Made by a program: the position numbers and the translations under genes. A DNA stretch of 63,988 bases, counting the filler, from Gonapodya sp. JEL0774 (Eukaryota): the NCBI GenBank assembly GCA_027604505.1. It is 8 parts of 8 records of this genome, joined end to end, with 100 filler letters (N's around TTAATTAATTAA, not from the genome) between each part and the next. Parts side by side here need not be neighbours in the genome. Positions count along the whole stretch, not along the records: positions 16,431 to 24,508 come from JADIIX010000473.1; positions 24,609 to 32,612 come from JADIIX010000474.1; positions 32,713 to 40,707 come from JADIIX010000475.1; 5 more parts are not named here. One strand, given 5' to 3'. Below are positions 22,048 through 34,988 of the stretch, one piece after another. Under the pieces are notes generated by a model. The model worked only from the letters and a program-made list of their open reading frames with translations. It was not told the DNA's origin and did no database searches. Positions within the stretch are counted from its first letter, which is position 1; the number at the start of each line of letters is the position of its first letter.

Positions 22048-24508
22048 TCAAACTGCAGAGGATGCTGTAATTTTTGCCTTCCAGTCCATAAGACGCCTTC
22101 CCTCATCTTCGAGTTTCTTGCCCTCATCTATCCAGTTACGCACACGCTCGGAGTAAGTCCACAAGGCAACATTGACACTCGAGCTCGAATCTGTGGGCCA
22201 GAACGATCCCGACCTCGACATTGTGGGAGAGGAAGGTGCATAGGTTGCCTCAGAATCGGACTTGATGGGTCCTGCTAGGAAGCCATTTGCGCCGGGGCTC
22301 TTCATAGTTGACACTCTCGGTATGGAAAATGTCATATCTTCAACAAAATCGCCACTCGATTCGATTCCACGTTGCCCTTCCACATAATCGCAGGTCGATT
22401 GTGGTCCACCATCCCCTATCATGCCACCGACCGTGCTGGACTCGTCGTCGTTGCCGTTCATATCACTATCTGAAGCAGCATTCCCATCATTGTCTCCGTC
22501 GGACATTTCAGAGCTTGCTCCAATCGACGAAAACTGTTCTCCAAGAATGGTTGCTCCGTTCCTCAAGCTGGCAAGTGTCCTCGCAACACTTGACATGGGC
22601 GACATGGTTGGAACTCGGTCATATGGATCGGGTGCCAAAACATTGCGTTTTGGGCTACTGGGAATGACGAACGATGAATGGCGGAAATTGGCGGGAAGCG
22701 GGGGAAGAATTGGAGAGGATGAAGTTGCAACTGTCGAAGAGGTAGCGGTGAAAAGGAGTGGTTGCGCATTGGTGCGTTCCATCGAGAGTGCGCTTTCCCT
22801 TCGTCGCTTCCACCTCACAGCAATCTCCATCTCATTTGCGGTAGCGGAACCCTCCTCGTCATCGCTCGTAACTGCGATATCCTCATTAGACGAATGACGC
22901 TGATCAGCAGTGGCTACGAGAAGATAGGTCGATGGTTGCAAAGGTAACGATATATTCTGCCACGAGGTAGTCGGGCTCCCCGACGTTGCTCGACGCTTCC
23001 GAGAAGGCTCCTCTGCCACACTAAGATCTGAATCCGAATGTGAGAAGGATAAGCGCTTGGCTCGAGATGCAGACCCTCCAAACACCGGCGCCTCCACGTC
23101 AGACTCGCTCTCGTCGTCTACCCCACCATCACTTCCTTCCTCATCCGCAGGTCCATTCCGCCTTGCTCGCCTTTTTGTCAACACAGGCTCAGCAGACGGG
23201 TCTGTCCACATCCAGCCAACCTTTCCCCTTCCCAACCCGCCACCCTTAATGCGACGCAGATGGCCCTCGTTCGCACGTGCGGCGCCCCGAACCATCATAG
23301 AGAAGCGATGAAGACGTCGAGCTGGAGTGTAACCAGGGTGGTACGTGGCGGCAAGAGCAGGGGGTAAGTTATCTGATGAATGCCATTTGAAGAGCGCTTT
23401 AACATGGTTCTTTGCCAGTGAACCCCAACAAGGAAAGGTAAACAAACGTACCCCAAATACTTTGATATGTCATGCATTTACCGCAATTGATTTTCAAAAT
23501 ATCGAGAACCGCAATCCTGAGGTCTTTGTTGGAGCCTTGATGCCCGTCAAAGCCGTCAGCTGGGTCCACTGAGTTTTCGCGGGAGGCGTCCGTTGAAGCT
23601 CTTTTCCGCTTACCACTACGCCGACCTCTCTTTGGGGTGTTGTTCATTGGCCTGGGGGTTGCCGCTATAGGAGAGCTTATGAGTGGTTGTACGCGTTTAG
23701 GTGATGAAGAAGGAGAGTGCAGATACTGGTGGAGATATGGTTTGGATGAATGGCGGAATTCGTAATCATGAGAGCTCAATGCTGCAACGATTTCGGGGGG
23801 AACTCGAAGACCGTTGAAAGAGTAAGGCTCAAGCTCGGGAAGGGACGCTGGAGATGCAGACCGTGATGACGGATTCGCGCGGATAGTGCCGACTTGGTAA
23901 CGGCCCCGGCTGACGGTAACCCGAGACACACGCAAGACCGAAACGCAGGACTCGGAGGTAAACATCGGACTACGTGGGGGCGAGCTCATCATTATGTCCA
24001 CAAAGGCATCAGATTTTGGAGTTGACTCAAGTTTGACGGTTGAATCAGCAAGAAGGGGTACTGTGATGTCTGCTTTGTCGTCATCAGATGTGGTTCCAAC
24101 CCAAGCCCAGCGAGTTTCGATATTCTGTTTGGGGAAGCCATTGAAGGAATGGGTAAGCTTTGGCTGAGTGCTTCTGATGGGTTTTGATGGGACCGTGATA
24201 TCTTGCACCTCCGAGTCTACTGGGACAACACGGGACTGGAAGTTGGAGCGAACAGAAGGCAGAGTGGCGATATGTTTGATGAGGGTACCGAAAATAGACA
24301 TGCGCTTGGTATCATCTGGGTACGGGAATGCTGCCCGAATAGGGTTGGGCAGGTCATCTGCAAGTGACGAATATGAATCAGATGCGGATGACAACGTTGA
24401 GGCATCCATTCAAAGCAACATACTCCAGATGGTATACGGAGGGACGAGCTTGCCGTTCCTAGCACGGAATGCTGCTAGGATGGCATCGATGAGGGCTGCT
24501 GGTGAATG
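22048..24508 (-). CDS. Uncharacterised Ser/Pro-rich, largely disordered protein with basic NLS-like stretches; 5' truncated
   Basis: Long ORFs 23399-24409 and 22048-23445 can be joined by a GTACGT..AAG intron near 23397-23451. Contains PKRGRRSGKRKR and RKRR. Confidence 0.6.
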
Positions 24509-24608
24509 NNNNNNNNNNNNNNNNNNNNNNNNNNNNNNNNNNNNNNNNNNNNTTAATTAATTAANNNNNNNNNNNNNNNNNNNNNNNNNNNNNNNNNNNN
24601 NNNNNNNN

Positions 24609-25512
24609 TTTGGGAACAGCGTCAACCACCCAAATGACCACGTCGTAGATCATGATCGCACCCTTGTGTAACATATCAAAACGAAGAGTGAAGAGGTGAT
24701 CACGGTCGATCGGCGTGGACTCTGACCACTCACCTCGTACCGTTCCCCGACCATCCACAGCAACAACCCCGTCTTTGCGAAATACCAAAACGGCACCACG
24801 TGGAACACCTTGTCGATCCACATTGGATCTTTGACTACGTTTAAACACGCCACGGCGATGATGAAAGTGATCCACTTTTTCTCGAGGTAGGCTCGACCAG
24901 GTGGATCGGTGGCGGTGGGTGAGTGAAAGGCCGGGAGGGCGAGGTACAGGGAGGCGAGGTTGGAGATGGGGTGGGCGGCTCTGTAGGGAGTAGCGAGGAT
25001 CATCGAACTAACGTGTGAGATTACATACCGGGCTCGCGCGAGAGTCACGATGCAGCTTTGATGGTCTCACATGTTGAAGTAGAACGACAAGAACACAACC
25101 ACAGCCATAAAAGTGCCAATGTACGCCTTGGGTATCCCGGTCTCCCGCTCTAGATCCTATAAGTGACCACACAACAAAGATCTTTCATGAACGCTTATAA
25201 TAGCGAACCCCCAACGCGCGCCACGGCACTCCGCCCCCATAAATCTCCCACCTTAAACACACGAATGTCCTCCAGTTCCACATCGAGGTGATACCTCCAC
25301 TCCTTGGCCATCTCCACCGTTTCGGGCCCGTGAACTCTCGTCCACGAGGTGATGACGTCAACGACCTTGTCGAGCTTGCTCGACGTGGATGGATCAGTTG
25401 CTGTCTCATGGAGCTGATTGTCCACTTCGGACTGTTCGACAGCTGTTTTGAAACATCTGGTTGGTGCGTTTTTGGTCAGTTCACTCGGGAATCCCAGAGC
25501 GTCAGTTTTCAT
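24609..25512 (-). CDS. TB2/DP1/HVA22 (YOP1/REEP-like) ER-shaping membrane protein; multi-exon, 3' truncated
   Basis: ETGIPKAYIG..; KKWITFIIAVA..VPFWYFAKTGLLLWM resembles the YOP1/REEP core. Confidence 0.7.
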
Positions 25513-25974
25513 CCCCTTACAAACCGTTCAGGGGAAGGAGACTGCGATCTCACGCGATAATCATCTTCAGCGGAAGTGCGAGAATGCTTCTTGGTGTAGT
25601 TCATGTCTTGGAATTGTTTGTGAGTGGCATCACCACTCAGAAACAGACTGGGTGATATGCTGGGCGGAGGTTCGTTGCCAGTGGGTAGAATAGATCACAC
25701 AATTTGCGGTGGCTTACAATCCTCAGCGGATTATGAGTTGTGATTGCTGGAGTCGTGGGTACAATCGCCACGTTATTTGCAATACTACGAGACATGACGA
25801 ATAATGGTACACTCAAAATAAAGGATCATGCGATCACAGTTACACTCAAAACCAGCATAACTAATTTCCTTCGTGTGGTGCCGTCACTGAAGAAGCATTT
25901 GCTACGGAATGATCCAGATTGGTGGACGAATGCCGCATTGGTCCATGTTCACCGGTGTTCGGTCCGTGTGTGAA

Positions 25975-28410
25975 TCAGTTACCACCAAACAAACCAAACC
26001 TTCTATTCGACTTCTTCCCCTCGCCAGAGTGTCCATCTTCCGGAAACCCGCCCCCGAACCCAACCAGTGGATTCGTAGTTGGCCGCCCGGGACTCTTTGC
26101 AACGACGGGCGCACCCGTCGCCCCCCGTTTCAACGATCCAAACCCAGATTCAGCTGCGGGCGACAGCATCGAGGGTGCTTCTGACGATCGCGGCACTTCA
26201 TCGCTTCCGTTGGTCATTGTCGAGTCCCGCGTGGGGATGGGTGATGGGGTGGAGAAATCAGCGTACGAGGGAGTCCGATCGAGCATCGTAGGAGCTCGGG
26301 GAGGCGAGGTGCTGAGGAACTCTTTCAGAGTCATGGCCCCGGGAACTGCCCCTGGTGTTGAGTTTCCGTTCGGTCGGCCGCCGTTGGGCATAATGATTGG
26401 AGCATGGGTCGATATCAGACTACTTTCAGCAGATTCAAACGCATCAAATGCGCCATCTGATGAGAGGCCCGGATTTGTAATGGGGGGTGTAGGTAGACCA
26501 CTTCGTGGTGGGAGGATGGTGGGTACTGGCACTGGCGATGTTGGAAATGTTTCCGAGTACGTGGCACCTGGACTACCTTGCGCTGAAGCTGGACGGCTCG
26601 CTTGGGAACTTCCCGTGTGCGACTGTCCGCCGCGAAGTGCGAGTGATGAGGAGGATCGATAGGGGAACTGGTGCTGTGGAGTTGAAGGATTCGACGGATG
26701 GTGGGGATCATACCCCGTTGCTTGGCGCGTGTGAGAAGTTTTGAGACTGGGGCAAACGAGCAAATGCAAGAGTAGAGAATACAAAACAGCGATGGTTGCA
26801 TCAGCTCAGATTTATCTATCTGCTATTGATGTCCGAAACGGTCGCCAACTCACAGCTCCAACATCGCTTCCATCATAATATCCGAAGGAGCGACTCTCTC
26901 CCTCGACGCAATTTCCAGATGCTGGATCTCGAATCGCTTGAATTGAACTGTTCGCCACATCGATTCCGTGGCGGGGAGACCTGCCATCTCCGTGTTCGCC
27001 ATTGACCATGCCTTGACCATCTCGTACTGTGTTTGTGGCGACAAGAGGCCGGAATGCACGCCGTGCTCAAGTACAGATGTGACGAGATCCAGCGAGGCGT
27101 TGCTCATGTCGCTGGGATCAAGAGAGGCGATCATACATACTGCGTCCAGCACATCCGAGACTGGAACTTCGGGATCCTCGAAGCCACTCTCAAGATCCGC
27201 GAGCGGGGCTGCGTGGAAAGGCACGAGATTCCAAAGCGCGGTACATGTCTCTGGTGAGAGTGGAATAGCAGAGGTACGCCGTGCGTCAAGATAACGGCGA
27301 ACGAAGGCGAATCTTCGAGTTTCAGGAATGCTGGGTAGTGCGAGGGAGACTGCCTCCGGAGGCGTGGACACCAAGAGAGGATCTGTAACAGCAGGAGATG
27401 CCAGGAGTGAGGCGAGTCTTTTCGAGACACGGCGAGTGAGCTCAGGTAACTCCCAGGCCCGCGATTCGAGAGCTATCAAAAAGAGATCCGAGGGAGAGGC
27501 CTTGATATTTCTCGATTGGGCGGATGCCGGGGTCGCACTGCAAAATTTGCAAATTGTGTTACAGAGTCCACAGTACCCTTGGCCTGAACAGTTTACTCCA
27601 ACTCACGTTACCACTTCCATGTTGGCTTCAACAAGCTCGGTTGCCTTCATAGTTCCACTTTGACCTTCGGGTGAACTTGCTTCTGCTTTCGGCGCAGTCT
27701 GATCTTGTGAATCATCCCTCCCTTTTCCCTTCTGAACGTCATCCGGTTTGGCGCTAGACGTTTCCGGCTGATCTGTGCTTTCAGTCTCTGAGTCACCAAG
27801 AGCATCATCAATAATGTTCCGTGCTTCCGTGGCATACTCGGGAAGGTCAAGTAGCAAGGCTACCTTCATCACGCCGACCACTTCGTCCCACTTCCGGGAA
27901 CTTTCGGACCCAGTTGGAGAAGGAAAGAGTGGCTGAGGCTCTGGAAGTGCTTCATCTAATGTATAAAGTGCCCAAAGAATCTTCCCGACAACCTCGTGCA
28001 GGGAACGGTGCGGCGGGAGAACAGGAAGCTGAAAAACGGGAAGCCCTTTGGAAGAAACCTCCTTCGGCGGTGCATTGAAGAGACCCTCGAAGAAGGATGA
28101 GCGCCAGCCCAGAATCACACGATGGGCAGGGACAGATGTCATCTGATTGGGTGGAAGTTTTCATCGTCTCACTATTCACAAAGCAATAGTAACGCCAACT
28201 CACTTTGCCATCGGTTGTCTTGATTTTGAGAAGTACGTCAGCCCATTTTGCCGCCTTCAGAAAAGCGTGGAACCCGTTCCTCCGATAAAGTGTCGATCTT
28301 GATTGCCGAGGAGGGGAGGATAAAACAGCGGGGCTGCTGACGGAACGATCCACGGCTTGCTGTGAGACGTTCGGAATCGCAGCTGCGTCGATCACACCGT
28401 GCGATGCCAT
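25975..28410 (-). CDS. BTB/POZ domain protein, paralog 1, with BACK-like helical repeats and a disordered tail
   Basis: KWADVLLKIK..|VPAHRVILGWRSSFFEGLF..ILWALYT; later FAFVRRY..LWNLVPF and MWRTVQF. Confidence 0.8.
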
Positions 28411-29086
28411 GTTCTGCAGTTCGTTTTGCCTTGGTGAGCGAGTACGTTCGATTCCTGGGATGGCTTGCCAGTCGTTGCCCTGTGTTTCCCGAGAACCTCA
28501 GTCTCTCCGTCAGACGAGCTTGGCAAGATGGACTTGATGAAGCTTCGTTGGTTTCAAGGAAATGAGCAATACGGTCGAAGGATTCACCCGCACGCGGTCA
28601 TCTCCCTTGCGGTGGGCTGAGACAAATATATGGCACCGTCGCTCCTCACTTGGGATATAAATAAGTTTACGCCACCACTACTAGTTCTCCTTCAAAACAC
28701 CGAGCGTCGGTAGGCAAGATTCGGCTCCTTGCTATCGGCAAAGTTTTCGGCCCCCGAAACTTTAATGGTCACTCTGTGCTCGCTCAAAGACATAAAAAAT
28801 CTGCGCCTAACCACACGTGTACATCTCTCAACGAAGCTTCTTGTGCCTATTGGCGTAATCCTTCTCCCGATCCTTGATCGCACAGCTGTTTCGGGGCTTA
28901 ATCGCGGAGGGTGATTAACACTACATGGAGACAGCACGAAGGGAAAGAAGTACATGTTTTACTCAAGATGTGAGACTGAAGGAACATGTTCCTTGTGAGG
29001 GACGTGATTGACATTAGGTAAACGACAAAGCTACAAAACTCCAAGATATAACTCCAAGAACGAAACTATCAAGATACGTCACAGCT

Positions 29087-32000
29087 TCAATTGGTGTACA
29101 TATCTATCACATTATCACCGTTGCTCAGAGTACTGTCTGAGCTCGATCGCTTGCGGTCCGCCTGAGAACGACTCGCCGCCTGCGCCCAGTGGTTGTGCGA
29201 GCTTGATTGCCGTTGCTGCTGCTGGGCCGAGTACTGTTGGTGCTGATCCTCCCTAGAGATAGGAGTAATACCATACTTGGGAGGCACGGGCGGTGGGCCA
29301 TCGACGTCGACGATCTCGTCTTCAGGGGTTGCGTCTCGACCACTATCCACTCGTTCGTCACCATATGCCGCCCGTGCTTGTTCTTCCAAAACATATTGCT
29401 CTACCATCTCGGGTGTCATGTTCTCCATCAGACCCCTCTCCGCCAACATTGTCAATGTGGCGGGATCCAACGGGACTCCGCTCGGCCCGACAATCATTGC
29501 ACCGTCCACGTTATTAGGATCAAGAGAAGCTCGCCAGCGAATAGCTCGCCGCATTACAGAAGGTCGCAATTGTTCGATGACTGCATTATTTGCGCTGACC
29601 AGGGTCTCTGCAGTACTCCGACCGTCCAGAGATGTTCGGCCAGAGAGGATAGAAGTAGATCCTTGACGGCTCAGTGACATTGGACGAAGTCTGTACAGTA
29701 AAAAACGTACAGGAATATGAGCAAGTCAACTAGAGTTCGGTACGACGCCAACAGACACGACCGACACAAACACAACAATGCCGAACTCACTTGAGCACCA
29801 TCGCCGACAATAACGCAGCACTCGGGGCCAGTCCCTCCTCGCCAGCATCTGTAAGCTCCTCGAGAGTCAGGTCGCTGAACTCCACCTTAGACCACAAGTC
29901 CTGCTTGATATCCTGGTCGAGCCCACCGTGGTTCATGACATAGGTGCGGACAGCGCGATACGATTCCGAGGCCGACCATGTTCGCATGGGATGACCATCC
30001 GCACGGTTGGGGTTCGTCGCCGCCTCGAGGGCGGAGTAGAACAGGTCGGGACTGAACGCCGTGAGAAGCTGAGCACCATCCTCGGACGAAATGCGGCGGG
30101 CAGCAGCACCGGCGACGAGATCAACGGGAGTGTTCTCGTCGAGAAACGCAGCTTCTAGCTCTGAAAGGGGCATGGCGTCGAAGTTGACTCGGAGCCAGAG
30201 TGCTGCGCGCTCTTCCTGGCCGAGATGACGGCCTGCCTGGTACTGCACGCTAATGTACCTCCGAATGAAGTCAAAGTGGCTGCTTGGATCTACACTATCG
30301 AGTAAAAAGCCGAACTTCTGCGGCGTGAGTCCTGAAAGGGTCGAGTCCGCAGTGCTTGGCTCCCTAAGGAGTGTTATCAGCCGGTTGGTCGCCAGCATGC
30401 TGACATCCTTGAGCTCCCACTTGCGTGCCTCAACCCCAATAGAGGCCAAATCGGGGAGGGTTGTTGCAGGACTTGAGATGATCTCGAGGAGAAGGGTATC
30501 AGCCTGCTGCTTGAGACCGGTGAGTTCAAACATGTCAGACAGCCTTCGAGTGCCGGCAACAATGTCCCATCTAGGGCCACTCAGAGTTGGGTCAGTCTCG
30601 AGCATGGAGTAAGCCCAGACTAGAATACGATAGACGACCGCGTGTAAAGATTTGTGCGCGGGGAGTATCGGCAGGGCGAAGATGGGAAGTCCGTGTGGGG
30701 TGAGTTCGGACGGTTGAGTTTCCACGAAAAGCTTTTTGAAGAACGATGAGCGCTGCGAAAGCACAATTCGGTGGACAGGGGCAGTAACGATCTGATGGTA
30801 CAATGCCACGGATTCGGAAAGGTCGTAGTGAAAATCCCAAACATGTCCGAAATCACACAGAACTTGTTCTCACCTCGTGCTCCGAGTTCTCGATTTTCAA
30901 GGCCGCATCTACGAAGAGTGTGTCCTTCATGTAACTCAAAAACGAATTGGGTGATTCGGTTGGAGCTTTAGGAGTCCCATCCAAACTCGTGATGCTTCCT
31001 CTTTGGGGTACGAGAGTCGGAAAAGACGTTGTCGCCGAAGTCACGCGGGTGGACGGAATACGGAGGAGTGGCTTCGGAATCACTGGCTGATCTGGCGGAG
31101 CACCGACAGTTACACTGCCGAGGCCCACACTTGGTGCCTGCTGTACGATGGGACTGGCGTGGATCATTGTTTCCCCTGCGTCCGTCGGATCCACATCAAT
31201 CGGATCAGGATCCACCGATACAGTAGATAGACGGTTGTTAAAGGGAAGGGGTGGCGATTTAGACCGGTCTGGCCGTTCTTGTCGCGCGACCGTCTCTCGA
31301 ACCGTCTGAACAGTGACAGGTTCCGGAGGTACACGACGCTGAGATTGTTTTGGAGGTGGTGGCGGTCCACTTATAGGTGGATGTGTTCGCGAGCGGCTGG
31401 GCTCCCTGTTCGATCCTTGTGGTGGGAGTTCTCCTCGAGACCCGCCCGTCGATTGATCTCGCTGTTTCCGCGGTCCAACAACATCCACGGTTGGACCCTG
31501 GGGACTCAGCGGCTGCTCCATTGGACGTCCTCGGCTACTGTCACGGGAAGGTGCCCGAGACCCCACCGGAGACGGGGGTTGGCGACCTCGACTCGGGTCC
31601 CGTTTCATCTGATCCGAGGATGGCTGCTTCTGAAAGCGCCCTTCACGCTGCTCTTGGTTACCATATGACTGGACTTGCTGTGATGGTGGTGCTCGGGGGG
31701 TCGGATCCGTACGCCCGTACGCCATCATCACCACGGGCGGTGCACCTTGAGGACGTTGGTGGCCAGGGGGGACGTACGGAGGTGGTACGTTTGAGTTGGA
31801 TGATTCCCGTTTGTGTGTCGGACCCTGGTCTCGTGCACCAACAGTGGAGTTGCGATTCGATGAAGTTGATGGTCTTGGTGCCGACATGGACTGACGAGGA
31901 GGGGCTTCATCGCTAGGGCGTGAAACCGATGGGGATCGCCGGTTCAGCGAGTCAGTAGGTCTTTGCTGCACGGCAAGTGAGGCGGCTTGGCGAGGAGTCT

Positions 32001-32463
32001 GAAAGTTTGGCGCGGCAGACCCCGCAGGGACCATATTGTTGCGCGAAGCAGACATGGACACTCTAGATGGTGTTTCGGCATATGAAGATCGAGGCGAGGT
32101 GACACTGGCAGCACCGAGGCTCGACGAATCAGGATGCTGCTGGAAAGCTCCGTGGGGAGGACCTTGGGGAGTGTTTGACCGGGAAGCATTATACATCGAG
32201 ACTGCGTTTGCTGATTTCTCCCGCTCGTTTATATTCGATTGTGACACGGCTCGTCTGAGGATGGTACCAAGTATAGGTCCACTGTTTGTATTGCGTGGCT
32301 GGGTTTGGCTGGTGTACGAGTAAAACGACGCAGTGTGTTGAAGGCTGGTAGGAGAACTGATAGACGAAGCCAAGCGCGCGGACTGACTCTGCCCTGTGGG
32401 CGGTGGCGGCGGTTCCTCCGTGCGGGAACGTCGGCGTACGAGAGCTGACGGAGCAGAGGCCAT
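29087..32463 (-). CDS. BTB/POZ domain protein, paralog 2, with a long Pro/Ser/Arg-rich N-terminus
   Basis: LFVDAALKIE..|APVHRIVLSQRSSFFKKLF..ILVWAYS; FDFIRRY..LWLRVNF and LWSKVEF. The intron within the BTB domain is at the same position as in paralog 1. Confidence 0.8.
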
Positions 32464-33384
32464 TTGAGTTTCGGCGACAACACAAATGCGGTGAGGCTGA
32501 TGGAGGACATTCGTCGTACAACAAAATGCCCAGAGCAACCCACTCACCTTTCAAAGGATTCTGCCATGATCGAAAGCTCAGTCTGCCACTCCCGGTTTTC
32601 GGTGGGTCAGTGNNNNNNNNNNNNNNNNNNNNNNNNNNNNNNNNNNNNNNNNNNNNTTAATTAATTAANNNNNNNNNNNNNNNNNNNNNNNNNNNNNNNN
32701 NNNNNNNNNNNNCGATGACAGAGGGGATCTGTTCGAGTGGTTGAACACACGGTGCAACGTGATTTGAGCCACACACCAGCACTCAATCCATGGAAGGAAT
32801 TGAATTTGCTCCAAATCGTTGTTTTGATACTGGGTAGAAGCTCGTGGAGGATGGGACCTTCGTTGTTCATTGTGAAAATTGATTTTATTCAACTGGGAAG
32901 ATGGAATGGGAAGCCCTGTGACTCAGAACCCTTCTGATTCCACTATAAATTCTATGACTCATTCCAATAGTAGTACAAATGTCGATTCTAAGAGCGGAAG
33001 GTGACTGAAAGATACAATGGTGTCACAGAGCACTGTAAATGTGTGTGCTCGAAGTCAAGTTTGGGAGCCTGTGGAAACTCGGAGATGTCACCGGCGGGGA
33101 CATGGCTTTTTGTGAGTCTGGACCCAACAGGGGAGAACTGTTTTCCCTCTGCCCCGAGGCGCGCTGACCACGGGCGTGAGGAGAAAGGTTGATTGAAAAA
33201 AGTGCCCACTTTCGGGACATGTCACCATCCCACCTGAAATCGGAACCCAGGTTGGAAAAAAACTTCGGCACAATTTGCACAACTATTATATCTATATATT
33301 TTCCCCCGGAAGTATCTATGTTACAGTTGTGGTTCGGGCTGAAAAATTGCTAATCTGAGTGCCGCTGTGGTGGCTCTCCGGCTT

Positions 33385-33795
33385 GGACCACCATGGTCGC
33401 GAAAGGGTTAATTGACTTTTTCGTAGTATGAGGAGGAGTTTCTCCCTACCATGTTGGGATGTAGTTGCAATATTGTGTTGCCCACAGCCCAAGTGAGGTA
33501 CCTGTTGCATGACTCTGTTCCCTGGACACTGGAAGACCAGGTTCTTGTGCAAATACCATGGATTGTGCATGCAAAACTCCTCTATGCATATCAAGAAGTA
33601 TGCGAGGAATGAGCAAGTTCTCACTGGGTTGTTCCTGTTTGAATGGCTGTCTGGTCAAAGACTGGTTGTTTCTAACCAGAGACCAATGCATCCATTCACA
33701 TCTGGCCACCACTGTGTTGACCACATGGTTATGTTAATAGAAGGCTGAGGAGGAGTTTTCCCCTACTATGTTGGGTTAATGTAGCTGCACTATTT
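33385..33795 (+). repeat. Degenerate direct repeat inside a CpG-depleted, probably transposon-derived tract
   Basis: tgaggaggagtttctccctaccatgttggg-atgtagttgcaatatt (33429-33474) versus tgaggaggagttttcccctactatgttgggttaatgtagctgcactatt (33746-33794). Both are preceded by gaccac(c)atggt. Confidence 0.7.
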
Positions 33796-34988
33796 GATCC
33801 AGTATTATGTATGTGACAAAAATTACAATGAAGGTGTCATTGGCCATCAAGATATGGAAGACTGTAAAACCACTCAGCTGCAGGCCAATTGCATTGATCC
33901 TGTGGACATTCAAACTCCTTTACACATATCCAAAAGTCCAGGCCTCAGAGGATAATTGTTGTTTGATTTGGCTTCATGTGGATGCAGGACAATATAACTA
34001 TTGTTGCACCAGTTCATTGCCACAGGCCTCCTTGTCAACACCACAGTGGATCTGAAACTCAGTGCCCAACATCTATACATCTGCTTCAGACTTCAACTCC
34101 AACAACAAGATACAATATATATGATTTCTCATTCTTCTGTATTCCATAACTTGTCCACATTCATTGTCACTGACAGTCCCGTCACAGAGCATTCAGACTT
34201 CAAAAGATGTGGCCAGCCAGGAGCTTGGTTTGGATTGTCTGACTCCAAAACTCCACCTGTGCCACTGTGGTGGTTCCCGGCGGAACCGGTGGGTTTCTGT
34301 CCCGAAACTCAATGTATGTATGTCTGAACTCTAGTACAGTGTGTCGCCAAGCAGTCACAGCCGAGCCGCCAGCACAACTAAGGTCACTAGAAAAATCTAA
34401 AAACTACTCTATAAGCATCTATAAACTAATAGATATCATATCTATCCAAGGAATGGGTGCCGCGACCAGGGGTGACGCGTGGAGGTGAACGGGGACGACA
34501 GTTGTTGTGCTCGTGGGGTCACGTGACTCCGGCTAAACTCCCGCTTTTAGCCGTCGTCTCACAACAACACCACCCTTGATGCACCTGGCTCTCAGTTTCC
34601 GTTCACTTGCATGGGCAATGGCAAGCGCCGCAAGGCTGATAGATGCAAAAACCACAAGCTTATAGATTTTCACTAATGCTGGCAAGGTCCATTGGTCTGG
34701 GTCTCAATTAACTGTATGAGTGGAATGTTTTTCAGCTGTAATGTACGATATTGATTGAGTATGTAATAATTTCTGCCATAGTACATAGAAAACAACACCA
34801 GTCACCAACACAACCACATATTAAAAATTGTAATTGTTTGTAACCACCATGTCAAATATCCGGTCTTGCCTATATCATATATGGACACTTCATAATTTGC
34901 AACCAGCATAATCACACTTCTTTTTATCCACCCAATAAAGTCCATTGTCCATTCTGCTTGCTTGCGTGTCAGCTGCAAATGACATCCA

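Noticed and set aside
25919..32323. Many 100-250-aa plus-strand ORFs, such as 25919-26662 and 31377-31916
   Set aside because: Antisense shadows of GC-rich exons of the minus-strand BTB genes.
34181..34337. Possible MITE or Helitron end (cagagcattcagac..gtctgaactctag, GC hairpin, CTAG)
   Set aside because: The inverted repeats are short and imperfect, there is no target-site duplication, and the hairpin is too far from CTAG.
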